Shown here in pieces: positions 43,837 through 57,000 of a stretch of DNA of 64,000 nucleotides. The position numbers and the translations under genes are program-made. Position 1 is the first letter of the stretch. Every line of letters starts with the position of its first letter. The notes beneath the pieces were generated by a model that made no database searches, was not told where the DNA came from, and saw only the letters and a list, made by a program, of their open reading frames with translations. Where the stretch lies: positions 18,752 to 82,751 of the forward strand of contig DDQV01000122.1 of NCBI GenBank assembly GCA_002342785.1, in the 5' to 3' direction. The DNA comes from Fusobacteriaceae bacterium UBA2433. GTDB lineage: Bacteria; Fusobacteriota; Fusobacteriia; Fusobacteriales; Fusobacteriaceae.

Positions 43837-45615
43837 TCAAATTTTCATAGAAATAAATTCTTTATAATTTTCTTCTAAATCATCTATCTTTATGTCACTG
43901 ATTATCTTTTCATATATTTTTTTACAATTTAAAAATGATTTTATATCATTTGTTTTAAAAAAACTCATCTTTTCATCGATCTCTTTTACGAACCATCTCT
44001 TATAAATCTCGATGTAAGTATTTATAATATCTTCTTCATTTTTAGCAGAAAGCTCTGTAGATATATTGAGAATTATCTCCTCCTCCTCCTCTTCTAACTT
44101 AAAAAAATTACCTCGAAGTAATTCTTGTATATAATTTTTCTCTCCATTTTGATTTATTATATCAAATATATTTTGAACAAAAGGAGAAGTTATTGTCCTA
44201 TTTTTAAATTGTTTAAAATACTTTCTATCCTTTAAACATAATTTTAATGTTTCTAATTCTAACTCATCTATTTTTAATATTTTTGTTTTTAAATGTGGGC
44301 TTTGAATTTTTTTTACTAATATAGTTCCTTCATTATTTTGTATCAATATCTTTCTTAATATCTTAACTTCTTTTTCCATTCCTAAAGATACAGACAATTT
44401 GTTTAAATACAAACTTTTTTCTAAATCTGTTTCAACAGATAAAAAAAACTCCTTAAACCTACCTATAAAATTTTGCTTTGCCATAAAATTACTTAAGTCA
44501 TATTCTTTAACATAAAAATCATATAAAAAATCAAAAATTTCTTTTGATTTTTTTACAGATTTTAAAAATTCAGTCTTACCATATTTTTTCAAAAATTCAT
44601 CTGGATCTTTAGCATTTTTTAGTTCTAAAACTCTTATATTAAATCCATATTTTTTTAAAATTAAACTAGTTTTTTCAGTAGCTAATCTACCAGCATTATC
44701 CATATCAAAAGCGATTATTACATTAGACGTATATCTTTTTAAAAGTTCAGCTTGCTCATTAGAAAAAGCTGTTCCTAAAGGAGCCAATGCTACATCAAAC
44801 CCATAGGCATGAGCTGCTAGCACATCCATATATCCTTCCATTAAAAGAGCATAATTTTTCCTTCTAATACTATTTCCTTTATTTTTTATACCGTAAAGAT
44901 TCCATCCTTTATGAAACAATGGAGTCTCTGGTGAATTTAAATATTTTGCAAGATCTTTCCTATCACTCATAGTTCTACCGCCAAAGGCGATTATATTTCC
45001 ATTAGGTGAATAAATTGGATAAATTACCCTATCACGGAAGGTATCATAATACCCTTTATCACCACTTTTTATCAAGCCTAATTTAGATAAAACCAAAGGA
45101 TCATAACCTTCTTTTATTAAATAATTATAAAGAGAATCCCATCCATTCAATGCATATCCTAAATTATTTTCCTTTATAAAATCAGGCTTCATTCCCCTCT
45201 TATTTAAATAAAGAAGTGCTTCTCTTCCAGAATTAGAAAAAATATTTTCCTTAAAAAATGAAAGTGCTTTATTTAAAACTTCATAATATTTTTTATTTTT
45301 ATTTTCTGAATTATTTCCATTTATAGGTGTTATATCTAATTTATATTTTTTACTTAACTCATAAACAGCTTCTCCATAGGTTAATTTATTATATTCCATA
45401 TAAAATTTAATAACATTTCCACCTGCACCGCAAACAAAACATTTGTATATATTTTTTGAGGTATTTACCATAAAAGATGGATTGGTATCTTTATGAAATG
45501 GACAAAGACCTTTATAATTTGAACCTGTTTTCTTTAAATCAACATATTCACCTATAACTTCTACAATATTTAATTGTGTTATAACCTTATCTAAATCTTC
45601 ATTTCTAAATTTCAT
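43837..45615 (-). CDS. dnaG: DNA primase
   Basis: CPFH..CF.C Zn finger, FGGR, KYLNSPET, EGYMD TOPRIM, DPDE; ends with TGA; likely start MKFR at 45615. Confidence 0.97.
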   Translation of the reverse strand: MKFRNEDLDKVITQLNIVEVIGEYVDLKKTGSNYKGLCPFHKDTNPSFMVNTSKNIYKCFVCGAGGNVIKFYMEYNKLTYGEAVYELSKKYKLDITPINGNNSENKNKKYYEVLNKALSFFKENIFSNSGREALLYLNKRGMKPDFIKENNLGYALNGWDSLYNYLIKEGYDPLVLSKLGLIKSGDKGYYDTFRDRVIYPIYSPNGNIIAFGGRTMSDRKDLAKYLNSPETPLFHKGWNLYGIKNKGNSIRRKNYALLMEGYMDVLAAHAYGFDVALAPLGTAFSNEQAELLKRYTSNVIIAFDMDNAGRLATEKTSLILKKYGFNIRVLELKNAKDPDEFLKKYGKTEFLKSVKKSKEIFDFLYDFYVKEYDLSNFMAKQNFIGRFKEFFLSVETDLEKSLYLNKLSVSLGMEKEVKILRKILIQNNEGTILVKKIQSPHLKTKILKIDELELETLKLCLKDRKYFKQFKNRTITSPFVQNIFDIINQNGEKNYIQELLRGNFFKLEEEEEEIILNISTELSAKNEEDIINTYIEIYKRWFVKEIDEKMSFFKTNDIKSFLNCKKIYEKIISDIKIDDLEENYKEFISMKI

Positions 45616-45746
45616 AAAAAACACCAGCTTAATTTATTTTGATACTACATTTCAGTATATACCATAATATTCATTATTTCAAGTATTTTTAATACTATTT
45701 TGAATATTTTTAATTTTTTTTCGAAAATACCTTAATCTAAAGTTAA

Positions 45747-45778
45747 TTTAGAGCCAGAGAAACTTCTCTGACTCTAAA
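45747..45778 (-). terminator. Terminator after the pyrophosphatase gene
   Basis: TTTAGAG.CAGAGAA/TTCTCTG.CTCTAAA stem. Confidence 0.7.
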
Positions 45779-45796
45779 CTTATAATACTATTTTTA

Positions 45797-47827
45797 TTAT
45801 ATAAATAATGGAACTAAGACTAATGAAACTATAGACATAAGTTTAACTAAAATATTTAATGAAGGTCCAGAAGTATCTTTAAACGGATCTCCTACTGTAT
45901 CTCCTACTACTGCTGCTTTATGTCTGTCAGATCCTTTCCCATCGCCTTTATAGCCAGCTTCAATCTGTTTCTTAGCATTATCCCAAGCTCCACCAGCATT
46001 TGCCATCATGATAGCCATCAGTATACCTGTTACAAGAGATCCAGCCAATAATCCACCTAAAGCCTCTACAGACCATAAACCAATAACTACTGGAGCTAAT
46101 ACTGCTAATAATCCTGGTATAACCATTTCTTTTAAAGATGATTTAGTAGAGATATCTATACATCTTTTATGATCAGGTTTTTCTGTATAATCCATAATTC
46201 CTGGATGCTCTCTAAATTGTCTTCTAACCTCTTCTACCATTTCCATAGCAGCTTTACCTACTGCCGTCATAGTTAAAGCTGAGAATAAGAAAGTAAGCAT
46301 TCCACCAATAAATAATCCTGCTATTACTTTTGGATTAGTTATATCTATTATTAGTAAGTTTCCTGTCAAAGCTTCTATAGATTGTTTATATGCTGCAAAA
46401 AGAGATAATGCTGTAAGTGCTGCCGACCCAATAGCAAAACCTTTTCCTACTGCTGCTGTAGAGTTTCCTACTGCATCTAATCTATCTGTACAAGCTCTTA
46501 CTTCTTCCGGTAAGTTACACATCTCTGCTATTCCACCGGCATTATCTGCTACTGGTCCATATGCATCTACTGCTACTACCATACCTGTAGTTGATAACAT
46601 TCCCACTGCCGCAATGGCTATTCCATAAAGTCCAGCAAAGTTAAATGCTGCCAAAATAGCAATTACTATCACTATTATAGGAGCTACAGTAGATTCCATT
46701 CCCACTGCTAATCCTTCAATTATTGCAGTTGCTGGTCCAGTCTTAGCTGCATCTGAAATTCTATTCACTGACTTTTTACCTGTATCAGTGTATAATCCTG
46801 TGAAATAAGCTATAACTAACCCTGCCACTAACCCAGAAACAATTGCATAAAATACACCCATTGAAATACCCAAATATTTTATAACTCCAAAAGCTCCTAT
46901 AAGTGCTAACACACCAGATATTCTCGTTGCATTTTCTAACTTATGATAAACTTGATCTGGATTATCAGTTTTTACTGTAAATGTTCCAATTATAGATGCT
47001 ATTATTCCAACAAAAGCAATTAAAATTGGTGCTATAATTAATGCTAATTTAGGATCTAACATAAAATTAGCTTTTACTAAAAGATTCTCTAAAGCCATTC
47101 CTGACATAGTTGCTCCTAATGCCATAGTTGCTATCATTGAACCCACATAAGATTCAAATAAGTCTGCACCCATTCCTGCTACATCTCCTACATTATCTCC
47201 TACATTATCTGCAATAGTTGCAGGATTTCTCGGATCATCTTCAGGTATTCCTATTTCTACCTTTCCTACTAAGTCTGCACCTACATCGGCTGCTTTAGTA
47301 TAAATTCCTCCACCTACTCTAGCAAATAAAGCTATTGATGATGCTCCCATTCCAAATCCTGTTATAATTTTCATATCTGCACCAAATATTATAGTTAATA
47401 CCGATACACCTATAAGTCCTAAACCTACTACTGCTAATCCCATTACAGCTCCACCTGCAAAAGCTACATCTAGTGCTTTTGATAATCCGCCATCTCTAGC
47501 AGCAATAGCTGTTCTTCCATTAGCTTTAGTAGCTATTCTCATTCCTATATTCCCAGCAACCCCTGATGTGATTGCTCCTAATATAAAGGTAAGTGCTACA
47601 TATGGGCTTAAAAATATTCCCAATAAAATAGAAACACCTAAAACAAACCAAATCAACACTTTATACTCTGCTTGTAAAAATGCCATTGCACCTTCTCTGA
47701 TTGCCTCAGTTATTTCTTCTACTTTAACATCGTTAATTTCATATTTATTAACCTTTGCAGCATAAAAATATGAAGCTATTAACGCTAATAGCCCTCCAAT
47801 TATTCCCAATAACAATAAATTAATCAT
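45797..47827 (-). CDS. hppA: Membrane-integral K+-dependent pyrophosphatase (likely Na+-translocating)
   Basis: [45 protein letters not shown]; GNSTAA carries Ala at the K+-dependence site. Confidence 0.95.
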   Translation of the reverse strand: MINLLLLGIIGGLLALIASYFYAAKVNKYEINDVKVEEITEAIREGAMAFLQAEYKVLIWFVLGVSILLGIFLSPYVALTFILGAITSGVAGNIGMRIATKANGRTAIAARDGGLSKALDVAFAGGAVMGLAVVGLGLIGVSVLTIIFGADMKIITGFGMGASSIALFARVGGGIYTKAADVGADLVGKVEIGIPEDDPRNPATIADNVGDNVGDVAGMGADLFESYVGSMIATMALGATMSGMALENLLVKANFMLDPKLALIIAPILIAFVGIIASIIGTFTVKTDNPDQVYHKLENATRISGVLALIGAFGVIKYLGISMGVFYAIVSGLVAGLVIAYFTGLYTDTGKKSVNRISDAAKTGPATAIIEGLAVGMESTVAPIIVIVIAILAAFNFAGLYGIAIAAVGMLSTTGMVVAVDAYGPVADNAGGIAEMCNLPEEVRACTDRLDAVGNSTAAVGKGFAIGSAALTALSLFAAYKQSIEALTGNLLIIDITNPKVIAGLFIGGMLTFLFSALTMTAVGKAAMEMVEEVRRQFREHPGIMDYTEKPDHKRCIDISTKSSLKEMVIPGLLAVLAPVVIGLWSVEALGGLLAGSLVTGILMAIMMANAGGAWDNAKKQIEAGYKGDGKGSDRHKAAVVGDTVGDPFKDTSGPSLNILVKLMSIVSLVLVPLFI

Positions 47828-48060
47828 AACTCTTTTCCCCCCATAATTTTTTGTTCACTTAAAGTTTCCCTTGAAACTCTTAAACATAATTTAAATAAAC
47901 GACCTATAAGTATAATTTCGCTCCTTCTAAGTATAGTTTATATTTTTTATTTTTCAAAATTATTTTTTATTTTTTTTATTTTTATAAAATCAAATTTTTT
48001 TAATTATAAAAAAATACTATTTTTAAAAAGTAATAAATTAAATTTTATGAACTTATATTT

Positions 48061-49053
48061 TTATTTTATAACATATTTTTTAAATCCATTACTATAAACT
48101 TCAGACATATCTGCTTTTACTATCATTACCTCTAAATTATCATTACTATTTACATAATTTAAGACATCTTCAATAGACATAGAAAAAAAAGCTGTGGAAT
48201 ACATATCAGTAACAAAACCATTATTTCCAATAACAACAACCATCTTCCTATCTCTTATAGGATAGCCAGTTTCTTTATCTAAAAGATGATGATATTTTTT
48301 ACCATCTATCTCCACATAAATTTGATAATCCCCAGAGACTCCCATAGATTTATTATCTATTCCAATAATATGATATATCTTAGAAGGATCTTTTGGATTT
48401 TGTAATCCCACTTTCCAAGAATCACCTTCTGGTTTTGTATTTAAAGTTTCAATACTAGATATAGCGCTTATGAAAGCATGTTCAATTCCATTTTCTGCCA
48501 GTATAATTTTCGCCCTATGAATAGCATATCCTTTTAAAAAAGATCCTGTATCTATTTTATTTTTAGATGTCTTTAATCTTATTTTATTTCCTATTATTTC
48601 TAAATTACCATAATCTACCTTCAAAACAGCTTTTTTCAAATCATCTTTTTGGGGAATTTCTAATATACTAGAACTATATTCATCAGAGAATCCCCAAATT
48701 TTCATTAATGGAGTTATAGTTATATCATATTTAGTTTTACTAAAATTATAAGTTTTTTCTACACCCGAAAACAAATATATTCCTTCTTTATCTAATTGAA
48801 AAAACTTTCCTGGATTATGATTTATTTTATAGATTAAGCTATTCTTTTTATGAGTATTAAATTTATTATCTACCCTTTCTATTTCTTTAAAAGCTAAATC
48901 CATTATTTTTTTAGCCTTTGTAGAATCATTAGAATAAATTACCATATCTATCATTGTTCCAAAAGCAAATTTTTTTTCCGTTATTTTTTTTTTTTCTATT
49001 TTTCCACATCCAATTAAAAGAATTAAAATAAAAACAAATAAAAAATTCTTCAT
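48061..49053 (-). CDS. apbE: FAD:protein FMN transferase (lipoprotein)
   Basis: Lipobox LLIGC; AFGT, DIT..PL..IWGF, D.G...KGY, SGDY....E.DG..YHH.LD..TGYP. Confidence 0.9.
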   Translation of the reverse strand: MKNFLFVFILILLIGCGKIEKKKITEKKFAFGTMIDMVIYSNDSTKAKKIMDLAFKEIERVDNKFNTHKKNSLIYKINHNPGKFFQLDKEGIYLFSGVEKTYNFSKTKYDITITPLMKIWGFSDEYSSSILEIPQKDDLKKAVLKVDYGNLEIIGNKIRLKTSKNKIDTGSFLKGYAIHRAKIILAENGIEHAFISAISSIETLNTKPEGDSWKVGLQNPKDPSKIYHIIGIDNKSMGVSGDYQIYVEIDGKKYHHLLDKETGYPIRDRKMVVVIGNNGFVTDMYSTAFFSMSIEDVLNYVNSNDNLEVMIVKADMSEVYSNGFKKYVIK

Positions 49054-49055
49054 AT

Positions 49056-49265
49056 TTATCCTTCAGTTGTTACTCTTACTAATTCTACTTTTCCCTCTAA
49101 TACTTCTCTACTAGCTATTTCTGCTTTAGTTTCTTTTTTTCTAGCTTTTATTAAAGGAGTTTCTCCAGCTACTAATTGACCATATCTTTTCCCAAGAGTC
49201 ATTGCTAATTTATATTTATTAGGTATTTTTTCCAACAATTCATCATAAGTTACTTTTGTTTTCAT
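49056..49265 (-). CDS. rpoZ: RNA polymerase omega subunit
   Basis: LLEKIPNKY.L......R..QL; follows gmk. Confidence 0.9.
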   Translation of the reverse strand: MKTKVTYDELLEKIPNKYKLAMTLGKRYGQLVAGETPLIKARKKETKAEIASREVLEGKVELVRVTTEG

Positions 49266-49281
49266 AATTACTCCTCCGTTA

Positions 49282-49839
49282 TTATTTACTTTCTATCTCT
49301 ATTATTTTTATCAATTCAGATACAGATTTATCTACAGTTTCATTAATTATCACATAATCATATTCATCTTCAAAATCCATTTCTTTCAATGAATTTTTTA
49401 ATCTTAATTGTACTGTTTCTTCAGATTCACTTCCTCTTCCACGAAGCCTTTCTTCTAATATTTTTTCTGTAGGAGCTTTGAAGAAAACTAAGCATGCATC
49501 TTTAAATCTTTTTTTTATTTGAATTCCACCTTGTACATCTATCTCTAAAACTACATTTTCTTTACGACTTAGTCTAGATTCTGCTTCAGATTTTAAAGTT
49601 CCATAGTAATTTCCATGCACATCTGCATACTCTAAAAATTCATCATTTTCTATTCTTTTTTTAAATTCTTTCAAAGTTAAAAAATAATATTCTCGACCTT
49701 CTTCTTCTCCTTCTCTTGGGGCTCTAGTAGTAGCTGATGTTGCTAAATTAATATTTAGATCTCTGCGTACTTGTTTACATACTGTCGATTTCCCTGCCCC
49801 ACTTGGCCCAGAAACGACAAATAGCCTTCCTCTTCCCAT
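49282..49839 (-). CDS. gmk: Guanylate kinase
   Basis: SGPSGAGKST, TTRAPR.GE..G..YYF, HGNYYGT, LEIDVQG. Confidence 0.98.
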   Translation of the reverse strand: MGRGRLFVVSGPSGAGKSTVCKQVRRDLNINLATSATTRAPREGEEEGREYYFLTLKEFKKRIENDEFLEYADVHGNYYGTLKSEAESRLSRKENVVLEIDVQGGIQIKKRFKDACLVFFKAPTEKILEERLRGRGSESEETVQLRLKNSLKEMDFEDEYDYVIINETVDKSVSELIKIIEIESK

Positions 49840-49921
49840 ATTTTTATTCTCCTTTTTTAACTCCTTCTTTGCTATCTAATTTATTTTTCCAATAGAAAAA
49901 AGAATGAAGCATTTTTATAGT

Positions 49922-49945
49922 AAAATAGGCGACTAAGTCGCCTAT
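49922..49945 (-). terminator. Terminator after rpoC
   Basis: ATAGGCGAC-taa-GTCGCCTAT with U-tract. Confidence 0.85.
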
Positions 49946-49948
49946 CTT

Positions 49949-52900
49949 TTAATTTTCTTCTACAATCTTTATCTCTAAATCTTCATATTCTTGGAATCCT
50001 GTACCTGCTGGGATTCTCTTACCTATGATTACATTTTCCTTTAATCCTTCTAAGTAGTCTTCTTTTCCTTCAATTGCTGCATTTGAAAGTACTTTAGTAG
50101 TTTCTTGGAATGATGCTGCTGAGATAAAGCTGTCAGTATTTACAGCAGCTTTAGTAATTCCTTGAATTACACATCTATATTCTATTTCTTCTTTTCCAGC
50201 TTTTCTAAGTATAACATTTTCAAGATCTGCAGTTCTCTTCTCAATAACTTCTTCTTCTAAAAACAGTGATCCTCCTGCTTTTAATATTATTACTTTCTTA
50301 AACATTTGTTTAACAATAATCTCAATATGCTTGTCATTTACAGTAACTCCTTGATCTCTATACACTTGTTGTACAGATTCCAAGATAAATTGTTCTGCTT
50401 CTACTAAGCCTTTGATTTCAAGGACATCATGTGGTGAAATAACACCATCAATCAATTTATCTCCTGCTTTCACTACCATTCCGTCTGTAACAATTAGATG
50501 TTCTCCCATAGGAATTAAATATTCTTTAACTATCTCAGAATCGTCTATAGATCTAACTAAGATTATTCTTTGACCTTTCTTTTTCTTTCCAGTGATTTCT
50601 ACTTTACCATCAATTTGAGTTAAAATAGCCTTACCTTTAGGGTTTCTGGCTTCAAACAATTCTTGAACTCTTGGAAGACCACCAGTGATATCTTTTGTTC
50701 CTGAAGTTTCTGGAATAATCTTAGATAAGATATCCCCTTCGTATACTTTATCTCCCTCTTTCATCAATAAATAAGCTCCATATGGAATTACATATTCTGC
50801 TACTTTTTCATCTTTAGAATTAAATATAATGACTCTTGGATTAACATCTCCAGTTTCTACTGGTTTAATTGCAAGATACTCTGTAACATCATATTTTTCA
50901 TCATATATTTCTTTAATAAAGAGTTCTCTATATTCAATTCTACCATCTTTTTCAGCAATAATAGGAATATTATATGGATCAAATTCAGTTAATATATCCC
51001 CTTCTTTTACTGATTGACCCTCTTCTACTCTTAAAATCGAACCTGTTGTTACTGTATATTCATATGTTCCAATTATTATTTTTGAACCTTGAGAAACTAC
51101 CTGTAATTCATTAGTTTCTTTATTTAATAAGGTTCTAATATCATGAAATTCTACTATTCCATCATTTTCTGTTTTAATACTATTTTGAGCAATAGATGTC
51201 GAAGCAACTCCTCCTGTATGGAAAGTTCTCATTGTAAGTTGTGTTCCTGGTTCTCCAATAGATTGAGCTGCTATTACTCCTACAGCTTCTCCTAGTAAAA
51301 TATCTCTATGATTAGATAAATCTCTACCATAGCATTTTCTACAAACACCTTTTTCAAGGGCACATGTCAACGGAGATCTTATTTTAACTGATCTAACACC
51401 TTTATTTACAATATCTTGTGCAATTTCTTCATCCATCATTGTACCTCTAGGATATAATAATTCTTCATCATGATAAAGATCTACTGCTATTACTCTACCT
51501 AAAATTCTTTCATGTAAATATTCAATAATTTTACCCTCTGAGATTAAGTTAGCAACTTCAATATTTTCATGAGTTCCACAATCATCTTGATTTACAATAA
51601 CTTCATGTGATATATCTACTAATCTTCTTGTTAAATAACCTGAGTCAGCTGTTCTTAAGGCAGTATCTGCTAAACCTTTTCTTGCTCCATGCGATGACAT
51701 GAAGAACTCCATTACTGTTAAACCCTCTCTAAAATTTGCTTTGATAGGTACTTCAATAATTTTACCAGTAGTATCAGCCATAAGTCCTCTCATAGCAGCT
51801 AGTTGTCTCATCTGTGCGATGGAACCTCTGGCCCCTGAGTTAGCCATCATATTTACAGGATTAAAATCATCTAATCCTTTCATCATATCTGTAGTTACAT
51901 CTTCAGTAGCTTGAGACCAAATTGCAACTGTTCTTCTGTATCTCTCTTCATTAATAATTTCTCCAGTTTTATAAGCTCTATTAATTTGTGCTACATCTTC
52001 ATCTGCCTTAGCTAAAATAATTTTTTTAGATTCAGGAATTGTCATATCTTCTATTCCTACAGTTATTCCTGCTAAACACGCATAATGGAACCCAAAATCT
52101 TTTATATCGTTAATTAAATTAGCAGTGATAGTGAATCCTTGAGTTTTAAAAAGATCAGTAATCAAACCTTTTAATTGTTTTTTACCAAAAGTTACATCAT
52201 ATCTCTTAACTTCCGATGGTAAAAGTGCATTAAATAAAAGCCTACCCACTGTCGTAGTTACCATTTTTTTAGCTTCATTTTCACCCATTCTTACATTAAT
52301 AATCGCATGTGTTTCAATGATCTTATTTTGGTAAGCTGTGATAGCTTGATTTTTATTTGAGAAGTTCATTCCTTCTCCTTTAGCTCCGGGTTTCTCTTTC
52401 GTCATATAAAAACAACCCATTACCATATCTTGAGATGGTACTGCTATAGGCTCACCATTTGATAATGCTATAATATTATTTGAAGCCATCATAAGAGTTT
52501 TTGCTTCCATTATAGATTCTGGTGATAGTACTAAATGTACTGCCATTTGGTCTCCATCAAAGTCAGCATTGAAAGCTGCACATGACAATGGATGTAATCT
52601 AATTGCTTTTCCTTCAATTAGAACTGGTTGAAAAGCTTGAATAGATAGTCTATGCAATGTTGGGGCTCTATTTAATAATACCGGATGATCAGCAATTACG
52701 TCCTCAATTACTTCCCATACACAATCATCTGCATCTTCTACTAATTTTTTAGCAGTTTTAATAGTTCCAGCAATCTCTCTTTTTACAAGTTCTCTCATAA
52801 TAAATGGTTTGTATAACTCTAATGCCATCTTTTTAGGAATTCCACATTCATGTAACTTTAATGTTGGTCCTACTACAATTACTGATCTTGCTGAATAATC

Positions 52901-53908
52901 TACACGTTTTCCTAATAAATTTTGTCTAAATCTTCCTTGCTTACCTTTAAGCATATCTGATAACGATTTTAATTCTCTATTATTCTGAGCTACTACTGGT
53001 TTCCCTCTTCTACCATTATCTATAAGTGCATCTACAGCTTCTTGTAACATTCTTTTTTCATTTTTTACAACGATTTCAGGTGCACCGATATCTAATAATT
53101 TCTTTAATCTATTATTTCTATTAATTACTCTTCTATATAAATCATTTAAATCTGAAGTCGCAAATCTACCACCATCTAGTTGTACCATTGGTCTAAGATC
53201 AGCAGGAATAATAGGAACACTCTTAAGTATCATCCAAGCAGGACTATTTTGAGAAGCTAATAAATCTCTTACAACTTTTAATCTTTTTACTAATTTTTTT
53301 CTTTTTTGAGCAGAAGTAACTTCTTCAAAATCTTTTTCTAGTTCTTTAGATAATTTTTTAAGATCTATTCTTTCTAATAATTTTAAGATTCCTTCAGCAC
53401 CCATCTTCGCTTCGAAAGCTTTACCATGTTGTTGTCTAAATAATTTATATTCCCTTTCAGTTAAAATCTTTCCAACTTCTAAACCAGTATCAGCAGGACT
53501 TAATACTAAATATCTAGCAAAATAAAGTACAGATTCTAATTCTTTTGGAGATATACCAATTAAAAGGGCCATCTTATTAGGCGTTCCTTTAGAATACCAA
53601 ATATGTGCTACTGGTGCAGCTAGTTGAATATGTCCCATTCTTTCTCTTCTTACCTTTGATTTAGTTACTTCAACACCACATTTTTCACATACAAGACCTT
53701 TATACCTCATTCTCTTATATTTTCCGCAAGCACATTCCCAATCCTTTGTTGGTCCGAATATCCTTTCACAAAATAAACCATCGAATTCAGGGTTTAATGT
53801 TCTATAGTTTATTGTTTCTGGTTTTGTTACTTCTCCATATGACCACTCCTGGATCTTTTCTGGAGATGCAAGTTTAATTCTAATTTTTTCGAAGTTTTTT
53901 ATTCCCAT
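49949..53908 (-). CDS. rpoC: RNA polymerase beta' subunit
   Basis: Zn-binding CACG...CEKC; NADFDGDQM catalytic motif; TQLTMRTFH. Confidence 0.99.
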   Translation of the reverse strand: MGIKNFEKIRIKLASPEKIQEWSYGEVTKPETINYRTLNPEFDGLFCERIFGPTKDWECACGKYKRMRYKGLVCEKCGVEVTKSKVRRERMGHIQLAAPVAHIWYSKGTPNKMALLIGISPKELESVLYFARYLVLSPADTGLEVGKILTEREYKLFRQQHGKAFEAKMGAEGILKLLERIDLKKLSKELEKDFEEVTSAQKRKKLVKRLKVVRDLLASQNSPAWMILKSVPIIPADLRPMVQLDGGRFATSDLNDLYRRVINRNNRLKKLLDIGAPEIVVKNEKRMLQEAVDALIDNGRRGKPVVAQNNRELKSLSDMLKGKQGRFRQNLLGKRVDYSARSVIVVGPTLKLHECGIPKKMALELYKPFIMRELVKREIAGTIKTAKKLVEDADDCVWEVIEDVIADHPVLLNRAPTLHRLSIQAFQPVLIEGKAIRLHPLSCAAFNADFDGDQMAVHLVLSPESIMEAKTLMMASNNIIALSNGEPIAVPSQDMVMGCFYMTKEKPGAKGEGMNFSNKNQAITAYQNKIIETHAIINVRMGENEAKKMVTTTVGRLLFNALLPSEVKRYDVTFGKKQLKGLITDLFKTQGFTITANLINDIKDFGFHYACLAGITVGIEDMTIPESKKIILAKADEDVAQINRAYKTGEIINEERYRRTVAIWSQATEDVTTDMMKGLDDFNPVNMMANSGARGSIAQMRQLAAMRGLMADTTGKIIEVPIKANFREGLTVMEFFMSSHGARKGLADTALRTADSGYLTRRLVDISHEVIVNQDDCGTHENIEVANLISEGKIIEYLHERILGRVIAVDLYHDEELLYPRGTMMDEEIAQDIVNKGVRSVKIRSPLTCALEKGVCRKCYGRDLSNHRDILLGEAVGVIAAQSIGEPGTQLTMRTFHTGGVASTSIAQNSIKTENDGIVEFHDIRTLLNKETNELQVVSQGSKIIIGTYEYTVTTGSILRVEEGQSVKEGDILTEFDPYNIPIIAEKDGRIEYRELFIKEIYDEKYDVTEYLAIKPVETGDVNPRVIIFNSKDEKVAEYVIPYGAYLLMKEGDKVYEGDILSKIIPETSGTKDITGGLPRVQELFEARNPKGKAILTQIDGKVEITGKKKKGQRIILVRSIDDSEIVKEYLIPMGEHLIVTDGMVVKAGDKLIDGVISPHDVLEIKGLVEAEQFILESVQQVYRDQGVTVNDKHIEIIVKQMFKKVIILKAGGSLFLEEEVIEKRTADLENVILRKAGKEEIEYRCVIQGITKAAVNTDSFISAASFQETTKVLSNAAIEGKEDYLEGLKENVIIGKRIPAGTGFQEYEDLEIKIVEEN

Positions 53909-53967
53909 ACTATTAAATAGCCTCCTAAATTAAATCTTTTCAAAATAAGCTTTTTAAGGGCAGGTTT

Positions 53968-53995
53968 TAGAAGAGAAAGTATACTTTCTCTTCTA
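53968..53995. other. 28-bp perfect palindrome in the rpoB-rpoC spacer
   Basis: TAGAAGAGAAAGTA|TACTTTCTCTTCTA. Confidence 0.8.
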
Positions 53996-54043
53996 TATTC
54001 TGTCTTTCATAACCCTATCTATAATTTCAAACTACTCGTTTGA

Positions 54044-57000
54044 TTAATCTTCTTCTTTTAAGTCCGCCAATGAGAATTCAGTAATAATTTCCTCTTTTGC
54101 CAAATCACTAGAAACATCTATTACGTTACCTTTAGTATCAAATAATTCAATATCCAATGATAATGCTTGGAATTCTTTTAACAATACTTTAAATGATTCT
54201 GGTAAACTTGGTTCTGGCATCTCTTCACCTTTAACGATAGCTTCATAAGTTTTGGTTCTACCAATAACGTCATCCGATTTTACCGTTAACATCTCTTGTA
54301 AAATACTCGAAGCTCCATATGCCTCAAGTGCCCAAACTTCCATTTCTCCTAGTCTTTGTCCACCAAATTGCGCTTTTCCACCTAATGGTTGCTGAGTTAC
54401 AAGTGAATATGGTCCAATTGCTCTGGCATGCATCTTATCTTCAACTAAGTGATGTAATTTAAGAATATACATACGTCCAACAGTTACAGGATTATCAAAT
54501 GATTCTCCTGTTCTACCGTCTATTAAATTAACTTTTCCTGACCTATCAAAACCAGCTTTTTCTAAATAATTTTTTATAGTTGCTTCATGTCCACCTGATT
54601 CTTTATCTCCACTATCAAATACTGGAGTCTCAATATAGACACCTTGATCCCCATCTTCATCTTTCATAAATCCAAGAGCTAATCCTAAATGTACCTCTAA
54701 TACTTGTCCAATATTCATACGCGAAGGTACTCCTAATGGATTTAGTACTATATCAACATGTGTTCCATCTTCTAAAAATGGCATATCTTCTGCAGGTAAT
54801 ACTCTTGAAATTACTCCTTTATTCCCATGACGACCAGAAATTTTATCCCCTACATTTATCTTTCTTTTTTCAGCTATAAATATTCTAATAGATCTATTAA
54901 TTCCAGCTTTTAATTCATCACCATTCTCTCTAGCTAATTCTAAAATTTCTACCACTGTTCCCTTAGATCCATGAGGCATTTTGAGCGATGTATCTCTTAC
55001 ATCTCTAGCTTTTTCTCCAAAAATAGCACGAAGTAATTTTTCTTCTGCAGGTGGTTCAGTTTCTCCTTTTGGAGTAGTTTTCCCTACCAATATATCTCCT
55101 GGACCTACTTTTGCTCCCACTCTTATAATACCTCTTTCATCTAAATTTCTAAGAGCATCTTCTCCTACATTAGGAATTTCTCTAGTTATTTCTTCATCTC
55201 CTAACTTAGTAGATCTAGCATCCACTTCATATTCTTCTATATGAAGAGATGTAAATACATCTTCTTTTCTAAGTCTATCAGATATTAAAATTCCATCCTC
55301 GAAATTATATCCTTCCCAAGGCATAAAGGCCATTAAGATATTTCTTCCTAATGCTAAATCTCCACCCTTTGTTGATGGACCATCTGCTAAAATACTTCCT
55401 ACTTCTATTTTTTGCCCCATATTTACTAATGGTGTTTGATGTAAACACATAGCTTGGTTAGATCTTTCAAAATTTAATAATTTATATATATGGTCTTTTT
55501 TTCCATCTTTTGTTTTTTCAGTTATTATTATCTTGCTAGCATCTAAACCAGTTACTTCTCCAGTTGTTTTAGAAACAACAACTGCACCTGAATCTACAGC
55601 AACTTTTCTTTCTAAACCAGTTCCAACAAATGGAGCTTCTCCTCTAAGTAAAGGCACAGCTTGTCTTTGCATATTTGATCCCATTAGTGCTCTATTGGCA
55701 TCATCATGTTCTAAGAAAGGTATTAATCCAGCTGATACAGATACTACTTGCTTAGGAGAAACATCTAAATAATCTATCTTCCCAGCATCTACCCATACAA
55801 CTTCATGCCCAAATCTACACAATCCATCCCCTGTAATTTCGTGTGTATTTTCATCCATTACAGTATCAGCTTGGGCAATAAATAATCCTTCTTCTTCATC
55901 TGCTGCTAAATATCTAATATCTTCAAAATTGGCTATCCCATCTGTTACTTTTACATATGGCGTTTCCATAAATCCGTATTTATTAACTCTAGCATAAGTT
56001 GCTAAAGATCCAATAAGTCCAATGTTTGGTCCCTCTGGAGTTTCTATTGGACAAACTCTACCATAATGTGAATCATGTACATCTCTAACCTCAAATCCAG
56101 CTCTTTCTCTGGAAAGACCTCCAGGTCCTAATGCTGATATTCTTCTCTTATGAGTTAATTCTGCTAATGGATTAGATTGGTCCATAAATTGTGACAATTG
56201 ACCTGATCCAAAAAAATCTAAAATCAAAGCATTAAGTGGTCTAGTGTTTAATAATGATTGAGGTGTAAGTGCTGATGCATCTTGTACAGTCATTTTTTCT
56301 TTTACCATTTTATTCATCTTTGCTAATCCAGATCTAATTTGCATATGAAGTAGCTCTCCTACTCCCCTTACTCTTCTATTAGAAAGATTATCTATATCAT
56401 CTGTATGTCCATCCCCACCATATAATCCTATTGCATATTTAATAGTAGCCATCACATCTTCTTTAGTCAATACTACAACATCTTCTGCTACATTTAATTT
56501 TAACCTTTTATTCATTTTATATCTTCCAACTGAAGCAAAATCATATCTTTGTGGATTAAAAAACATTTGTCTGATAAGAGATCTAGCAGAATCTATAGTT
56601 ACCATATCTCCTGGTCTTAATTTTTTAAATACTTCCATAACAGCTTCATCAGAATTTTCAGTTGTATCATCTAATAATGAATTTGCCAACACCTTATTCT
56701 CAGGTTTTACTTCCCAATAAGTAAGAGTTTCTAATTTTTCATCTATAATTTTTTCTACTATCATCTCATCTATAATACTTTCTGCCTCTAAAAGAATTTC
56801 TCCAGTCTCTTCGTCATAAATATCTTCTTTTATAAAACTTCCTTCTATTTTAGTTTTAAGCACAGATAATAATTCATCTCTATTGCTATATTTTTCATAG
56901 TACTCTGTAAGATCTTTTACCCTAGTTTCTAATAAATCTTCCATTATTTCTGCATTTGTTTCATAGAAATCTACTGCCTTTAAAAATACAGGCGCTAATA

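Noticed and set aside
44078-44095. (GAG)n run encoding poly-Glu in dnaG
   Set aside because: A short in-frame low-complexity linker in an essential gene, with no sign of phase variation
47828-48060. Na+/Li+ riboswitch upstream of the pyrophosphatase
   Set aside because: Only a short GAGTTTC/GAAACTT hairpin and TATACTTA repeats; no match to the GC-rich DUF1646 or nhaA motifs as I know them
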